IMG/VR virus record: IMGVR_UViG_3300049617_000088
Coordinates: 1 to 64,000 of that record
Direction: 5' to 3' (one strand)
DNA from: a virus
DNA length: 64,000 nt
The notes beneath the pieces are model-generated. The model ran no database searches and had not been told where the DNA came from. It saw only the letters and a list, made by a program, of their open reading frames with translations. Shown here piece by piece: positions 5,437 through 15,849 of the stretch (position 1 is the stretch's first letter; each line of letters starts with the position of its first letter). Both the position numbers and the translations under genes were made by a program.

Positions 5437-5973
5437 TTATTTTTGAGGGTCACCGTGCTTGGTAAAACCAAATTTACTATCAATTTCTTCAGCAACATGC
5501 TTACAAACAAACTTACTAATGTCCCCACCATGTCTAGCGATTTCTTTTGCTGCCGAAGAAGAAACTACCGCCAACTCAGGATTAGTCGGTAGAAATACTG
5601 TTTCGATTTTAGGAGCCAATACTTTGTTGATATTAGCTAAGTTAATCTCGTATTCAAAATCAGACACGGATCTAATACCACGAATTATGATATGAGCTTC
5701 AGTTTGTTTCGCATAATCCACTAGCAAGCCCTGAAAAGAAACAATATCAACTCTTGCAACAGCATCTCCCAATTCTTTATACAAAGTTCTAGCAATCATT
5801 CCTTGACGTTCATTGTCAGAAAACATGGTTTTCTTTTCTGGATTAACGCCAATTGCTACAACTAATCTATTACAAAAAGATAGTGAACGTTTAATAATAT
5901 CCAAATGTCCATTTGTAATAGGATCAAAAGTACCAGCATATACTGCTTTTAAATCGGTCACTCGAACTATCAT
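5437..5973 (-). CDS. coaD: Phosphopantetheine adenylyltransferase
   Basis: YAGTFDPITNGHLDII, IIRGIRSVSDFEYE and VSSSAAKE motifs. Confidence 0.96.
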   Translation of the reverse strand: MIVRVTDLKAVYAGTFDPITNGHLDIIKRSLSFCNRLVVAIGVNPEKKTMFSDNERQGMIARTLYKELGDAVARVDIVSFQGLLVDYAKQTEAHIIIRGIRSVSDFEYEINLANINKVLAPKIETVFLPTNPELAVVSSSAAKEIARHGGDISKFVCKHVAEEIDSKFGFTKHGDPQK

Positions 5974-6444
5974 TTATTTACTCCAACCAAAATAATTATA
6001 ACCTTTACTCTCGGCTATTTCTGTTACATCTGATAATAAATATGAAAGAGGATTCTTAATTTGTTCTGGCTGATCCCTTTCGAATCTAGAAAAAGGCTTG
6101 ATTTTCAAGACTTTCCAATCAGGATTCCAGGCATACTCTTCTATCCCACAGCATAAACATACCCTATGTTCTTGATGAGAATCATTAAAATCCATAAGAT
6201 ATGATCCATCATATTCGGAACGAAAACAAACAGTGTGTTGATGAGGACATACCTTGCGCAATTTATTCAAAGAATCAGTTGCTTCTTTCTTTAAATAAGC
6301 TTCTTCTTTTTTGGAATCAGTTTCTTTTGCCAACTTGAGACACGAGATATAATCGTTTCTTAATTGAGAAATTTGATTCCAAATCTCTTCACTCACCTCT
6401 GAAAGAAGAACTTTTTCCGATCCTTTAATTTTTAAAGAGGACAT
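5974..6444 (-). CDS. Hypothetical protein
   Basis: 156-aa ORF in a tightly coupled operon; CPH and CLCCG motifs. Confidence 0.6.
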   Translation of the reverse strand: MSSLKIKGSEKVLLSEVSEEIWNQISQLRNDYISCLKLAKETDSKKEEAYLKKEATDSLNKLRKVCPHQHTVCFRSEYDGSYLMDFNDSHQEHRVCLCCGIEEYAWNPDWKVLKIKPFSRFERDQPEQIKNPLSYLLSDVTEIAESKGYNYFGWSK

Positions 6445-6777
6445 TTATTGTTCTTTACTAAGGCAAACAATTTCTAATTTGTCAGTACAAATACAAACGT
6501 AATCAACGCACTGACAAGTACAAGGTAATTCTATTTGTCCAACTTGAACACCATCCTTGTGATCGGAGCCATAAGGATCATGAGTGCAACTGCCGGCTGC
6601 TGCTAACTCATGGGCTCTCTTCTTAGCTGCATCACAAATACCAGGACTATAAAAAGGTATATCAGAAGCCGCACCACCAGCAACACCTTCATAATAATTA
6701 GACCACTTCCAATCATGACCTGCAAAGGCTAAAGATGGAACTAATAACAAACCCATTACTATGATTAAAGATTTCAT
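6445..6777 (-). CDS. Secreted Cys-rich protein
   Basis: Signal peptide ending LAFA; 7 Cys. Confidence 0.6.
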   Translation of the reverse strand: MKSLIIVMGLLLVPSLAFAGHDWKWSNYYEGVAGGAASDIPFYSPGICDAAKKRAHELAAAGSCTHDPYGSDHKDGVQVGQIELPCTCQCVDYVCICTDKLEIVCLSKEQ

Positions 6778-6781
6778 CTTT

Positions 6782-7489
6782 TTACTTCTTGGTTGGAACA
6801 GGTACTTGAGTTACTGGAGTTACAGTAGTGGTGGTAGTTGTAGTTGTAACTGGAGGGGTTACAGGGGGCGTCGTCCCAAAAAATCCTGATTGAGAAGAAC
6901 CGCTTGAACGATAATTACTCAAAGAAGCTGAAGCGCTCTTGTAAAGACTTCTAGTTCCAATAGCAGAAGCATCATATTGCATCGTATTTGCCGCACTAAT
7001 TCCAACACTTCTACTTTCGGCAATGGCATCGATATTGGCTCCCATGAAAACGAATTCCCAATTATAGGTATCCTTTTGATGTTGAACCATACTGGCAATT
7101 TGTTCTCTAGAAAATCTAGAGCTAGCGTTCTCTTGACCATCTGTGATAATTAAGAAGACAATCTTGGAAGGTCTTTCCGATTCGACCATAGCTGCAAGCT
7201 TCTGTCCCACAGAATTAATAGTAGTTCCCATTGCATCCAATAATGCTGTATTGCCAGAAGGTGCGTAAGTCTTGGGATTCAAATCTGGAACAAAGGCTAA
7301 CTCAATAAAATCATGAACCAAAGTATAATCATGATTGAAAGTGCAAAGAGTAAAAACAGCGTCGCCTGGGACTAATTTTTGTTCTGCAAGGAAAGTATTG
7401 AAACTTCCGATAGTATCTTTTGCTAAGCTTCCCATAGAGCCGCTGCGATCAATAATTACGTTAATAGATGTAAAATTTTCTTTAGTCAT
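6782..7489 (-). CDS. von Willebrand factor A domain protein
   Basis: MIDAS DRSGSM, GNTALLDA, IITDGQENAS; Pro/Thr tail. Confidence 0.9.
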   Translation of the reverse strand: MTKENFTSINVIIDRSGSMGSLAKDTIGSFNTFLAEQKLVPGDAVFTLCTFNHDYTLVHDFIELAFVPDLNPKTYAPSGNTALLDAMGTTINSVGQKLAAMVESERPSKIVFLIITDGQENASSRFSREQIASMVQHQKDTYNWEFVFMGANIDAIAESRSVGISAANTMQYDASAIGTRSLYKSASASLSNYRSSGSSQSGFFGTTPPVTPPVTTTTTTTTVTPVTQVPVPTKK

Positions 7490-7796
7490 TGTTATCCTTA
7501 TTTTTAAAGAGGTTGTCTAACCTGAATATAACCACATCACTAAACTCGTTTCCAAAAGAATCACAAATGGCTTCTTCTAATTTAGAAATAATTCTAGTAT
7601 GTTGCATCCCGGCAGACAATGCAGATTTATAAAAATCAATCCAATCTGGCAGATATCCTTTATCAAGAAAAATATTGAAAATTACATCAAGGGGAAGTCC
7701 ATGAGTTTCATAAAATTTATAAACATTACTGAAGACTAGCTTATTATCTTCAGTAATTCCTGATTGAATAAATTGAGCTTTAGTCTTTTTACTCAT
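7482..7796 (-). CDS. Hypothetical protein resembling a helical segment of alanyl-tRNA synthetase
   Basis: YKFYETHGLPLDVI recalls the AlaRS motif FKLYDTYGFPLDLT. Confidence 0.45.
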   Translation of the reverse strand: MSKKTKAQFIQSGITEDNKLVFSNVYKFYETHGLPLDVIFNIFLDKGYLPDWIDFYKSALSAGMQHTRIISKLEEAICDSFGNEFSDVVIFRLDNLFKNKDNND

Positions 7797-8307
7797 TCTA
7801 TTTTTTTAATTTCCCACAACTTATTACTACTAAAATCTCCATGGCGTTGCGGGACACGGCTTCCAATAGGATAAACGTGCCATTTTCCATCTGCAAAATT
7901 TTCTTCTTTAAAATGATTTAAAGCTACCTTCCCATATGGATAAGTAACAATCCATTCGTCTTCTTTCAATTCTTCTAATATCTTCCAAGGCGATTGATCA
8001 ATTACAATCGCAGGGTAATCTGTTATCGAAGAGGATATTTTATCATCAACTTTCCAAACTTCATACGGGTGACCATAACCATCTTCGATTAAAGAATACC
8101 ACGGATAGGACATCGATTTTGGGGGTGGAAAGGATAGAGCTGCTTTCCCATCTAAAAGGCGATGCATCAAAGCAGACTTACGAATACTAACTTCTAAATT
8201 ATTTCTGTCAGTAGGAAAATCATAACCATTTTGTTTTCTAACTTCAAGAACCTTAAATAATAATTCAATAATAATTCAATATCTTTAGATAGATCCCAAC
8301 TTGGCAT
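7793..8307 (-). pseudogene. Hypothetical protein frameshifted by an 11-bp tandem duplication
   Basis: aataattcaat x2 at 8259-8280; removing one copy gives a continuous 168-codon frame from the ATG at 8307. Confidence 0.7.
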
Positions 8308-8537
8308 TATAAATCCAACTTCTCTGCTCTTGATAATTGTTTAATTCGATACTCTTCTTTCAAGGCTTCACTCTTTGTTTCAACCATAAAAGATTTAAGT
8401 AACACCACCGGACATCTTCCTTTGGTATATTTGGCGCCTTTTCCAGTATTATGAGCATTAATTCTTTTATCTAAATCATTAGTGATACCAGTATAAATTG
8501 TATCATCTGAGCATTTCAATAGATAAATGTACCACAT
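8307..8537 (-). CDS. GIY-YIG nuclease (YhbQ/UPF0213-like)
   Basis: WYIYLLKCSDDTIYTGITNDLDKRINAHNTGKGAKYT. Confidence 0.92.
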   Translation of the reverse strand: MWYIYLLKCSDDTIYTGITNDLDKRINAHNTGKGAKYTKGRCPVVLLKSFMVETKSEALKEEYRIKQLSRAEKLDL

Positions 8538-8962
8538 TATTTTAAATCATCTGGTTTCAAATCAAAAGCTACTAGTAAATCTTTCAGAACATCTTTAATA
8601 TCTTGAGAAGATTGCTTTTCATATTCTTCATCAAAATCGCCCCTGCCACCATTCTGCTGAGAACCACTGAGTTGAATAAAAGCAAATACTAATCTTTTAT
8701 GCAATCTGTTTTCCAAATCAAGAGCATGAACTCCAGAGCCCATAAATAATTTTTCATTTAATGGCTCCTCAATACACCTCTCTTTATGAGCTTTTTTGAA
8801 GGTATTTAAATCTTCATACATAACTTTGTTAAGTAAATCTGAAGCGATCCCATCAGAATTAAGATTCATTCCTTGAACAAAATCATCCATTTCTTCAGCA
8901 TAATTTTGCACTAAAACTCTTATTAAGAATTTAATTTCTTTATCAGACAGATCGATTTGCAT
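8537..8962 (-). CDS. Hypothetical protein
   Basis: 141-aa ORF, coupled to neighbour. Confidence 0.55.
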   Translation of the reverse strand: MQIDLSDKEIKFLIRVLVQNYAEEMDDFVQGMNLNSDGIASDLLNKVMYEDLNTFKKAHKERCIEEPLNEKLFMGSGVHALDLENRLHKRLVFAFIQLSGSQQNGGRGDFDEEYEKQSSQDIKDVLKDLLVAFDLKPDDLK

Positions 8963-9106
8963 TTATTAATTGTCTTTTCTTTCTGCCTACCAATATCGCT
9001 TCAACCGCGTCTTTTGTTTCTGCTACAGTTAGATTATTCATACGAATTCTACGGCATAACTCTTTGCAATAAGAATTGTTCCCACAATCCTTAGTACTAC
9101 ATAATT

Positions 9107-9442
9107 TCATTTTAATTTCTTTATTACTCTAGTTTCACACCGTTTGACTTCAACATAAGCCAGCCACTTATCATCTTTGCGGTTTTTGATAACTTGTTCA
9201 GCATAAGCAATGGCTTGTTTCTTATACTTGAAAAGTCTAGCACGAACAGTGCGTTCATCTATTTTATCGGAAGGAACCGCTTCTTGTTGCTGAAGCAATG
9301 GTAAGCTATCATCCCAAGGAGAGTTATCTTCATCTATCTCCCAATCAGCACAATGAACCGCATATTGAATTGTGTGTTTGGGTCTTGAATTATTTTTCAT
9401 ATCGAATGGCACTGATAAAGTGGAACACTGTGAGTATAACAC
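9107..9442 (-). CDS. Hypothetical protein
   Basis: ORF track; true start probably MKNNS. Confidence 0.5.
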   Translation of the reverse strand: MLYSQCSTLSVPFDMKNNSRPKHTIQYAVHCADWEIDEDNSPWDDSLPLLQQQEAVPSDKIDERTVRARLFKYKKQAIAYAEQVIKNRKDDKWLAYVEVKRCETRVIKKLK

Positions 9443-9563
9443 CCATGAGGTCCACAGTGAGTTACTTCATAATAATTTGAGGGAACACACTTAGTTGCTG
9501 GGTAAGAATATACCATGCAGCCCGGAACAAGCAAGACCAACATTAATAATAAACATTTCATAC

Positions 9564-9890
9564 TTAAGAATATATCCAGTTCTTAGTGTACTTTAAAAGT
9601 AAATCCATAAGCTGAATAGCTTCGTTGTATGAGGCGTCACAATCAAAATTAATAATGGGGTAATCGAGCCTATAGTGATGTGAAAAATACTTTTTAATTA
9701 AGCGCTTGCACAGTATTCTAATTGAAGATTCTTTGTCATTAATAACATAATCTCCAGCTAAAAGAACCCTAAACCTTCTTTCAAAAGTTGAGTCTTCCCA
9801 TTCCTCACGAGTAGGAAAATATAACTTAATCTTTTTAACTCTTTCAAAAAGATTCATTTGGGCTCCTACGTTGAACTTGCATCCACGCAT
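9564..9890 (-). CDS. Hypothetical protein
   Basis: ORF track; true start probably MNLFE. Confidence 0.5.
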   Translation of the reverse strand: MRGCKFNVGAQMNLFERVKKIKLYFPTREEWEDSTFERRFRVLLAGDYVINDKESSIRILCKRLIKKYFSHHYRLDYPIINFDCDASYNEAIQLMDLLLKYTKNWIYS

Positions 9891-9932
9891 CTAGTTTTCT
9901 AGAAGGCTCTTGGCTAGGAGCTATCTCACTTT

Positions 9933-11513
9933 TTACAGAGAGACGGATTCGATGGTACTTACCCACAAATCCTTATTGTTTCCAATCTCAACGAACTTTG
10001 CAATTACATCGAAGACTTGGTCACTGAAACCACCCACGTTAAGAATGTCACTTCTGTCATGAGCTTGAGTAGTTGTACTTGGAGTAACATCAATGCAAAC
10101 AAGCTTTGCCTTTGGGTTACGAGCACGGAACTTATTCCATTCCGTCATGGTTCCGGTGTTACGGTAATGTCCCGAATCCATCCATGACTCATTGTCAGAT
10201 ACATAAATAACAAGGTCACCCTTACCATTCTTACGATTAACTGACTCTAGAGCTGAAGAGCAATTGGTTCCACCACCACCAAATCCTGCCAACGTCTTGG
10301 CGTTAGTCATGATTGAATCCATTGGATTCAAACGGTGAGTATGAACGGTTGTGTCGAACGGAATTACTTCCGTGTCTGGATTCTTGCGCATAATAGCCGC
10401 AGCTACCAATGCAGCAACATCAATGCAACGCATCTTAGTCGTAGCCGAACCACGGTTTCCCGTAGCTGGAGAAGACATAGATCCTGAAGTATCCACCATG
10501 ACGTAAACCTTACCGTCAAAGGTTGGGATATTCTCCAACGCATGTTCAGCAGCCTTTTGCAAAGCAACTGAAATCTTCGTCGGCATTGTTGCCTCAATGT
10601 TCAAGAAGGCAGAGAACAACTGGTATGGGAAAACTTTCGCTCTCTTAACCTGCTCTGCGTCCTGAAGCTTATCACAAACGAGACCAACCATGGATTGATC
10701 ATTGAATACATTGTGACGCTGAAATGTATTTAGATTCATTCTAGTCTGAGTCCAAGTTGCATTAGCTGCAATCTGAGTCCAGTGGCTATCAGTTAGTGGA
10801 AGTGCCGTCAACATCTGGAAAGGCACATCAGGGATTTCTCCCGATAAGTCTTTCTTGAATGCTTCAAACTCCTTTGCTAACTGGCAAAGATCCTTCTTCG
10901 AATATTCCTTATCAAGCAAATATCCAAACAAAGCCGAACGCTTCTTGTTAGAAGGCTTCGGGTGAACTAACTTAATGATGTCCTGAAGGCTCGGATCGTT
11001 TCCGACATCTGCCTTGAACAACTGCTCATCAGTCAATGAAGCGAGATAATCCTGAATCAACTTCTTTGGGCGAGTACCCAGAGACTTACGACCAGTGACA
11101 CCTGAACGAATAACCTGAACGAAGTTTCTCAACATCTTCGGGTTATCAATGACCTTCGGGAAAATCTTGGACAATAGATCAGAGTCCTTTCCAGCTACCA
11201 CTGCTGCCAGAGTAGCAGGCATGTCCTTCATCAATCCCTTCTGACGAGCATAGACCGCCAGCTTTGCAACAAACTTTGGATCAAGTTTGTTAGCTAACTC
11301 AAGAGTCTTCTTCAACTGCTCTTGATCAGAAACGTAATACGTTCCGTTAAAACAACCAGTCATAGCTAGTTGAGCTAAAGCTGCCTTGTCGGCAAGCGAA
11401 TAAGCAGTTCCACCAGCATGGTTAGTCGTGTCTACTGGCTTGGTAACCTTAGCAGACGGAACTACAGACTTCTTAGATGACTTGATAGATGCAAATAATT
11501 TCTTAGATGACAT
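9933..11513 (-). CDS. rsr: Ro60/Rsr TROVE-domain RNA-binding protein with C-terminal vWA domain
   Basis: NHAGGTAY, LAQLAMTG, AVYARQKGLMKDMP, KLVHPKP, FPYQL, VDTSGSM, GGGTNC, VSDNESW, VGGFSD; GGAG RBS before the ATG at 11513. Confidence 0.93.
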   Translation of the reverse strand: MSSKKLFASIKSSKKSVVPSAKVTKPVDTTNHAGGTAYSLADKAALAQLAMTGCFNGTYYVSDQEQLKKTLELANKLDPKFVAKLAVYARQKGLMKDMPATLAAVVAGKDSDLLSKIFPKVIDNPKMLRNFVQVIRSGVTGRKSLGTRPKKLIQDYLASLTDEQLFKADVGNDPSLQDIIKLVHPKPSNKKRSALFGYLLDKEYSKKDLCQLAKEFEAFKKDLSGEIPDVPFQMLTALPLTDSHWTQIAANATWTQTRMNLNTFQRHNVFNDQSMVGLVCDKLQDAEQVKRAKVFPYQLFSAFLNIEATMPTKISVALQKAAEHALENIPTFDGKVYVMVDTSGSMSSPATGNRGSATTKMRCIDVAALVAAAIMRKNPDTEVIPFDTTVHTHRLNPMDSIMTNAKTLAGFGGGGTNCSSALESVNRKNGKGDLVIYVSDNESWMDSGHYRNTGTMTEWNKFRARNPKAKLVCIDVTPSTTTQAHDRSDILNVGGFSDQVFDVIAKFVEIGNNKDLWVSTIESVSL

Positions 11514-11578
11514 GATATACTCTCCCTTTATATTTGGACAATGATCCAACAATTTCCTGTACGTTATCAGGATGAACA

Positions 11579-11606
11579 ATTATAATCACGCTCATCCTGG
11601 CGTCAA
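11579..11606 (-). promoter_or_regulatory. Sigma70-type promoter for the Ro60 gene
   Basis: TTGACG-N16-TATAAT. Confidence 0.65.
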
Positions 11607-11738
11607 GGTCTACATGAATTTTTAAAATAAAACAATGCGACTCAACTCAACGAGTCAAGTCACGAACAACAAATTCATTTTCCCCTCTTACGTATCCGCT
11701 ATATAACTTTATTGATAGATACGTAATTTAATTAAATA

Positions 11739-12287
11739 TTACTCTGGAGGAAGGAATGAAAGATTTTGAACAGAGATTCGATCTACTTGTTCAGGAGTAA
11801 TCTTAAACTGACGAAACTTCCCCATGGGAGTAGTCCTGCGCAGCTTATCCTTGGCAATCGTCAGCTCACGCTTGTTGGTCTTAGGATAGGCGCCTGGCAT
11901 GATCACTCGCTTATGATTGACCAGACCATAAAGATGAAGAGTGTTAGTAGCAGTATGCAGCTTGACACCCTTGATGTAGGATCCGTTGGCATCAAAAAAT
12001 CGAGTATAAGCATCGTCGATCTCTTCAACCGGCGTAGCTGCCATCTTCACCAGGGAAGCATTGCAACTCTCAATCAACTCTTGCTTCGCCTTCGCCTGCA
12101 TAGAATCCACAGGCACAACAGCCTCAAATGCCATGATACTTCGCTTGAGAGCGCTCTCGTAACTCATGTGGAAAACGATACTATAATCAGCAACCTCGCT
12201 ATGTTCGTTGCGATAACCCGACAGGGTGAGAAAGGTAGCCGAGGGACGAAGCTTCGCCAATTCCGAAACAAATTCCAGATTATTCAT
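11739..12287 (-). CDS. Hypothetical phage protein
   Basis: 182 aa from MNNLEF with AAGGAG RBS. Confidence 0.7.
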   Translation of the reverse strand: MNNLEFVSELAKLRPSATFLTLSGYRNEHSEVADYSIVFHMSYESALKRSIMAFEAVVPVDSMQAKAKQELIESCNASLVKMAATPVEEIDDAYTRFFDANGSYIKGVKLHTATNTLHLYGLVNHKRVIMPGAYPKTNKRELTIAKDKLRRTTPMGKFRQFKITPEQVDRISVQNLSFLPPE

Positions 12288-12343
12288 TTCAATCTCCTTG
12301 AATGTTAAATAATGAATCGAGACGGTGGATCTCCTCCACCTCA

Positions 12344-12374
12344 ATTGTAGCACAGCATCGTTTTACGATGGGTA
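12344..12374 (-). promoter_or_regulatory. Phage promoter box copy 1
   Basis: TACCCATCGTAAAACG-N9-TACAAT. Confidence 0.75.
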
Positions 12375-12591
12375 GGGTAATTTAGTAAATTGTCCCTCAA
12401 TCACGAAGGACTAAGCAACGACCGCCACACGGGCATTCCAAAATCATTTTGTTTTCATTGATCTTCTGTAAATCTTCTGGTTCTTCAAAATCAACAGAAA
12501 GAATCATTTTACAATCTTCACACTTAAAAAGGTATTTTCGTTTGGGATCGTTAAACATATAACTATATGAAATAGTTAATAGACAATGAAA

Positions 12592-13255
12592 TTATTTAAT
12601 CACTGACAATATCATTCCCAAAGTAGTCCAACCTACCTGTTCGTTTAAGATCAAATCTTGAACTGAATGAACTTCTATGAAGGTCATTTCTGAATCTTTA
12701 ACATTCCCGTGAACGATTCCATCTTGGGATTTGAACCATTCTAATTCTTCTTCGTTTATTTCAGCGGAATAAAAATAAGCTTTGTGTGCAGAAAGAGTGC
12801 CTGATAATTGTCGAGCGCCATGAGAGGTTAATCGATCGGGAGAAAGGTGGAATCCTGTTTCTTCATGTACTTCTTCGGCGGCAACTTCCTGTGGATCTTC
12901 TCCCCTCTTAAAGGAAGAACCTCCAGGTAATTCTCTAATGAATCCGTCTTTTGTATTAGCGGGCGATCTAAATTCTTTAACTAAAATCACTTCTGATTCT
13001 TCTAGAGGCTCATTCTTTTTCCATAAAAGAACGGAAGAGATATCTGTTCTAGCTAAAACAAACTCATTATCTTTATTTCTTTTTTCGGATTCCACGTAAA
13101 CATTTACTTTAAGAACCCACATAAAAACAAACTTTTTATAGCCGGGACGGAAAGAATAAAGTAATTCTGCATGATCTAAACGGTTGCCAGCTTCCTTTTG
13201 ATTGAGATACCAAGACTGGAAAGATTCCGTATTCCAAATAAATAGGGGAACATGC
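12592..13255 (-). pseudogene. NUDIX hydrolase domain, apparently 5'-truncated
   Basis: ELPGGSS..AAEEVHEETG Nudix box; frame stays open and protein-like (HVPLFIWNTESFQSWY..AGNRL) upstream of the first ATG, with no start or RBS. Confidence 0.65.
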
Positions 13256-13259
13256 AGAT

Positions 13260-13505
13260 ATGGCTTATGAATTAAGAAAAGAAGAATTAGATTCTAATCC
13301 ACAAGAACTGGATAAAGAATTAGATAAAAATAGAGATGCTGGTCGAAGATGGAGAGCAAAACAAGATCCCATTCTTTATAAAGAAAAATTAAAAAAATAT
13401 AGAGAGCAAGATGCTGCCACGAAAAGAGAATTAAAAAATTCTGGAGCAATAGATGGTCTGCTGTTAATTTTAGGACAAATAATTGCCGGTAAAAAAGGGA
13501 TTTGA
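13260..13505 (+). CDS. Hypothetical protein (possibly a C-terminal remnant)
   Basis: 81-aa charged ORF without an RBS, at a strand-switch junction. Confidence 0.45.
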   Translation: MAYELRKEELDSNPQELDKELDKNRDAGRRWRAKQDPILYKEKLKKYREQDAATKRELKNSGAIDGLLLILGQIIAGKKGI

Positions 13506-13774
13506 AGAGAAAACTACCAATTCTTCCTGAAATATTCTTGAATTTAGAAAAAGAAATAAATGATTTCAGATTCAACGTTAGAAACTATCTTGAAGGATTC
13601 GATGATACTCAACCAGGATTTTCCGCCAAGCCCGAAACACTTTTTAAGTTAATTCAAATGGGTAAAATTTTATTACCTAAAGTTTTTTCCTCAGCTAAAA
13701 GCACAGAAATTTTGAATAAAATCATAATTGAACTACAAAAAAGGGCTGATAATTATCAAATTGGCAAACAGTAA
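13502..13774 (+). CDS. Hypothetical protein
   Basis: 90-aa ORF overlapping the previous stop. Confidence 0.55.
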   Translation: MKRKLPILPEIFLNLEKEINDFRFNVRNYLEGFDDTQPGFSAKPETLFKLIQMGKILLPKVFSSAKSTEILNKIIIELQKRADNYQIGKQ

Positions 13775-13819
13775 TAAAACTATATATATTAAGTGAAATC
13801 ACATACTTTAGGTCTACAC

Positions 13820-15658
13820 ATGAATAAGTTGGCAAAGCTCTTCCAAGCTGTTGAATTCTTTTATAAAAAGGCTGTCCAGTTACCGGACTTAATTAAAAAC
13901 GCGGCTCCTGGAGATCCTTATGAAGATTACGATGACATTCCAGAAGGCGAAGACGAACCGACTTGGATGAAAGAACAAAATAAATACGATAAATATCAGA
14001 AAAAAGATAATGATTCTTCTTTATCTATTCCTCAAAAATTGAGAAACTTGGATAAGCTTATTGTCAATTCGGATATTGGAAACGGTTTATTATCGATTGC
14101 CAAGATGTTTGAAGCTGCAACGAATATGAATACTGGATTCATGGGACTATTAAACTTCGTATTGGATTTCAAAAATAGCCATTCGTCAGAATTTAAAGAT
14201 GAAAGCAATTCAGAACAAATTGAACAAACATTGAACGAGTGCATCAATTATCTATCTAAAATAGTTGAGAACAATTATCCAGGCGACTCACCAGATTCCA
14301 TTGAAATGTTTCATAACATAGTTAATGAAACTATTAGCTCTTCTTTATCAGATGCCAATAAAACTGAAGAAGAATTAAAAAGAGATGCAGATAAAGATTT
14401 ACAAGATCAACAGAAAGAAATACTAGGTGACGGTGGAGATGATGAAGGTGGACCGTCAGAACTTCCAACTTTTGATCCGAGCATGCTTAGCAGCAAGAAA
14501 CAAGACAAGGGAGACAAAGGGACAAGCCTTCATATTGAAGATAAAAAAGAACCAAAGGATTGGATTTTCTACTACGAAGTAGAATTGCAATCTTATAACA
14601 ACCAATTAAAATTTGAAAAAGATCCTCAAATTCAACAGAGAATATCTGCTGTCATTAGCAATATTCAAAATCTAATTAAAGTATATAATGAACAGAAGAA
14701 ATTGTATGCTGGCGATGATAATGAACAAACCAAAGTCGCTCTTATTGAGAATAAGAAACAGGTTAGTCAATTAAAAATTGACTTAGCCAAAAGCAAAGCC
14801 GTAATTAGAAAGAAATCTTTAGACGATAAATTTATCCAAATAGAAAGAAAATTAAATAGTACATCCGATAAAAATTCACATGAAGCTTATGTTTTGAAAC
14901 AAGAAAAAGAATACCTAGATTTAATCAGAAATACTGATTCAGTCTTAGGAAAAAGAGAAGAAAGCGCGTTGCGCAGAGACTTTGTTAATAGATTGAAGGC
15001 TCCTGCTACTTTCAATTCTCCTGGTGGATATAGAGGAAAAATCGATCCTATTACCGGTAAAAGATTCTTTCCAGAAGAACTCGCCATTGCAGAAGCTGCA
15101 AAAAAGAGAGTGTCAAGAACTCAATATAATAAGATGAAATGGCAAGCACAACTGGCACTTTTGCGAAGCGGAACTTTCAAGGGATTAATCCTAGACTTCT
15201 CTAAGAAGATTTTGAATCATAAAGCTAGTGTAAAAAAAGATGTCGTTGATGATTCTATTAAAGTTGTTCAAGCCGCTCGATATAATGAATTAAAACCATA
15301 TATAGATGCCGCCACTGCCGCGAAGAAAAGTAAAAACAAAGCCGCTATTGACGCCGCTGCTGCCGCTTTAAATGAAGCTATGAATAAAAAAGAACTAAAT
15401 GCAGAAGCTGAAAGAGACGTTTTCGTTAAAGAAGCCGTTGATCGTTCCAATAAATTTAGACAACTCAGAGACTTACTTGACGAGCTAGAAAAACTTTCCT
15501 CTTCTGAAAACCCAGAGGATTCTAGCAAATTGGTATCGGATATAGTTGATATGGCGAAAAAATTAGTATCACAAAACAAAGGTAAAAAATATACCATTAG
15601 TCTTGTGACTAGCACCGAAGAACTAATCAAACTACTAGAAACTGGAGCTATAAAATGA
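13820..15658 (+). CDS. Large charged coiled-coil hypothetical protein (possible virion-internal protein)
   Basis: 612 aa, acidic N-terminal half, Lys/Ala-rich C-terminal half. Confidence 0.7.
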   Translation: MNKLAKLFQAVEFFYKKAVQLPDLIKNAAPGDPYEDYDDIPEGEDEPTWMKEQNKYDKYQKKDNDSSLSIPQKLRNLDKLIVNSDIGNGLLSIAKMFEAATNMNTGFMGLLNFVLDFKNSHSSEFKDESNSEQIEQTLNECINYLSKIVENNYPGDSPDSIEMFHNIVNETISSSLSDANKTEEELKRDADKDLQDQQKEILGDGGDDEGGPSELPTFDPSMLSSKKQDKGDKGTSLHIEDKKEPKDWIFYYEVELQSYNNQLKFEKDPQIQQRISAVISNIQNLIKVYNEQKKLYAGDDNEQTKVALIENKKQVSQLKIDLAKSKAVIRKKSLDDKFIQIERKLNSTSDKNSHEAYVLKQEKEYLDLIRNTDSVLGKREESALRRDFVNRLKAPATFNSPGGYRGKIDPITGKRFFPEELAIAEAAKKRVSRTQYNKMKWQAQLALLRSGTFKGLILDFSKKILNHKASVKKDVVDDSIKVVQAARYNELKPYIDAATAAKKSKNKAAIDAAAAALNEAMNKKELNAEAERDVFVKEAVDRSNKFRQLRDLLDELEKLSSSENPEDSSKLVSDIVDMAKKLVSQNKGKKYTISLVTSTEELIKLLETGAIK

Positions 15659-15849
15659 GTAAAAAATCTAGACAGAAAGCTTTAGAAAAGCTTGCAGAGT
15701 CCAATGAAATAACTAAAATAGCACAAGAATTATCTGAAGCTACCCCTAACACCGAGAGCGGTGCGGATGATTTTGGTGATAAATTATTTGATGTATTACT
15801 TAAAAGATTACAAGATAAAAGATTAAAAGAAATCAAATCAGAAAACTGA
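15655..15849 (+). CDS. Hypothetical protein
   Basis: 64 aa, ATGA overlap with GGAG RBS. Confidence 0.55.
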   Translation: MSKKSRQKALEKLAESNEITKIAQELSEATPNTESGADDFGDKLFDVLLKRLQDKRLKEIKSEN

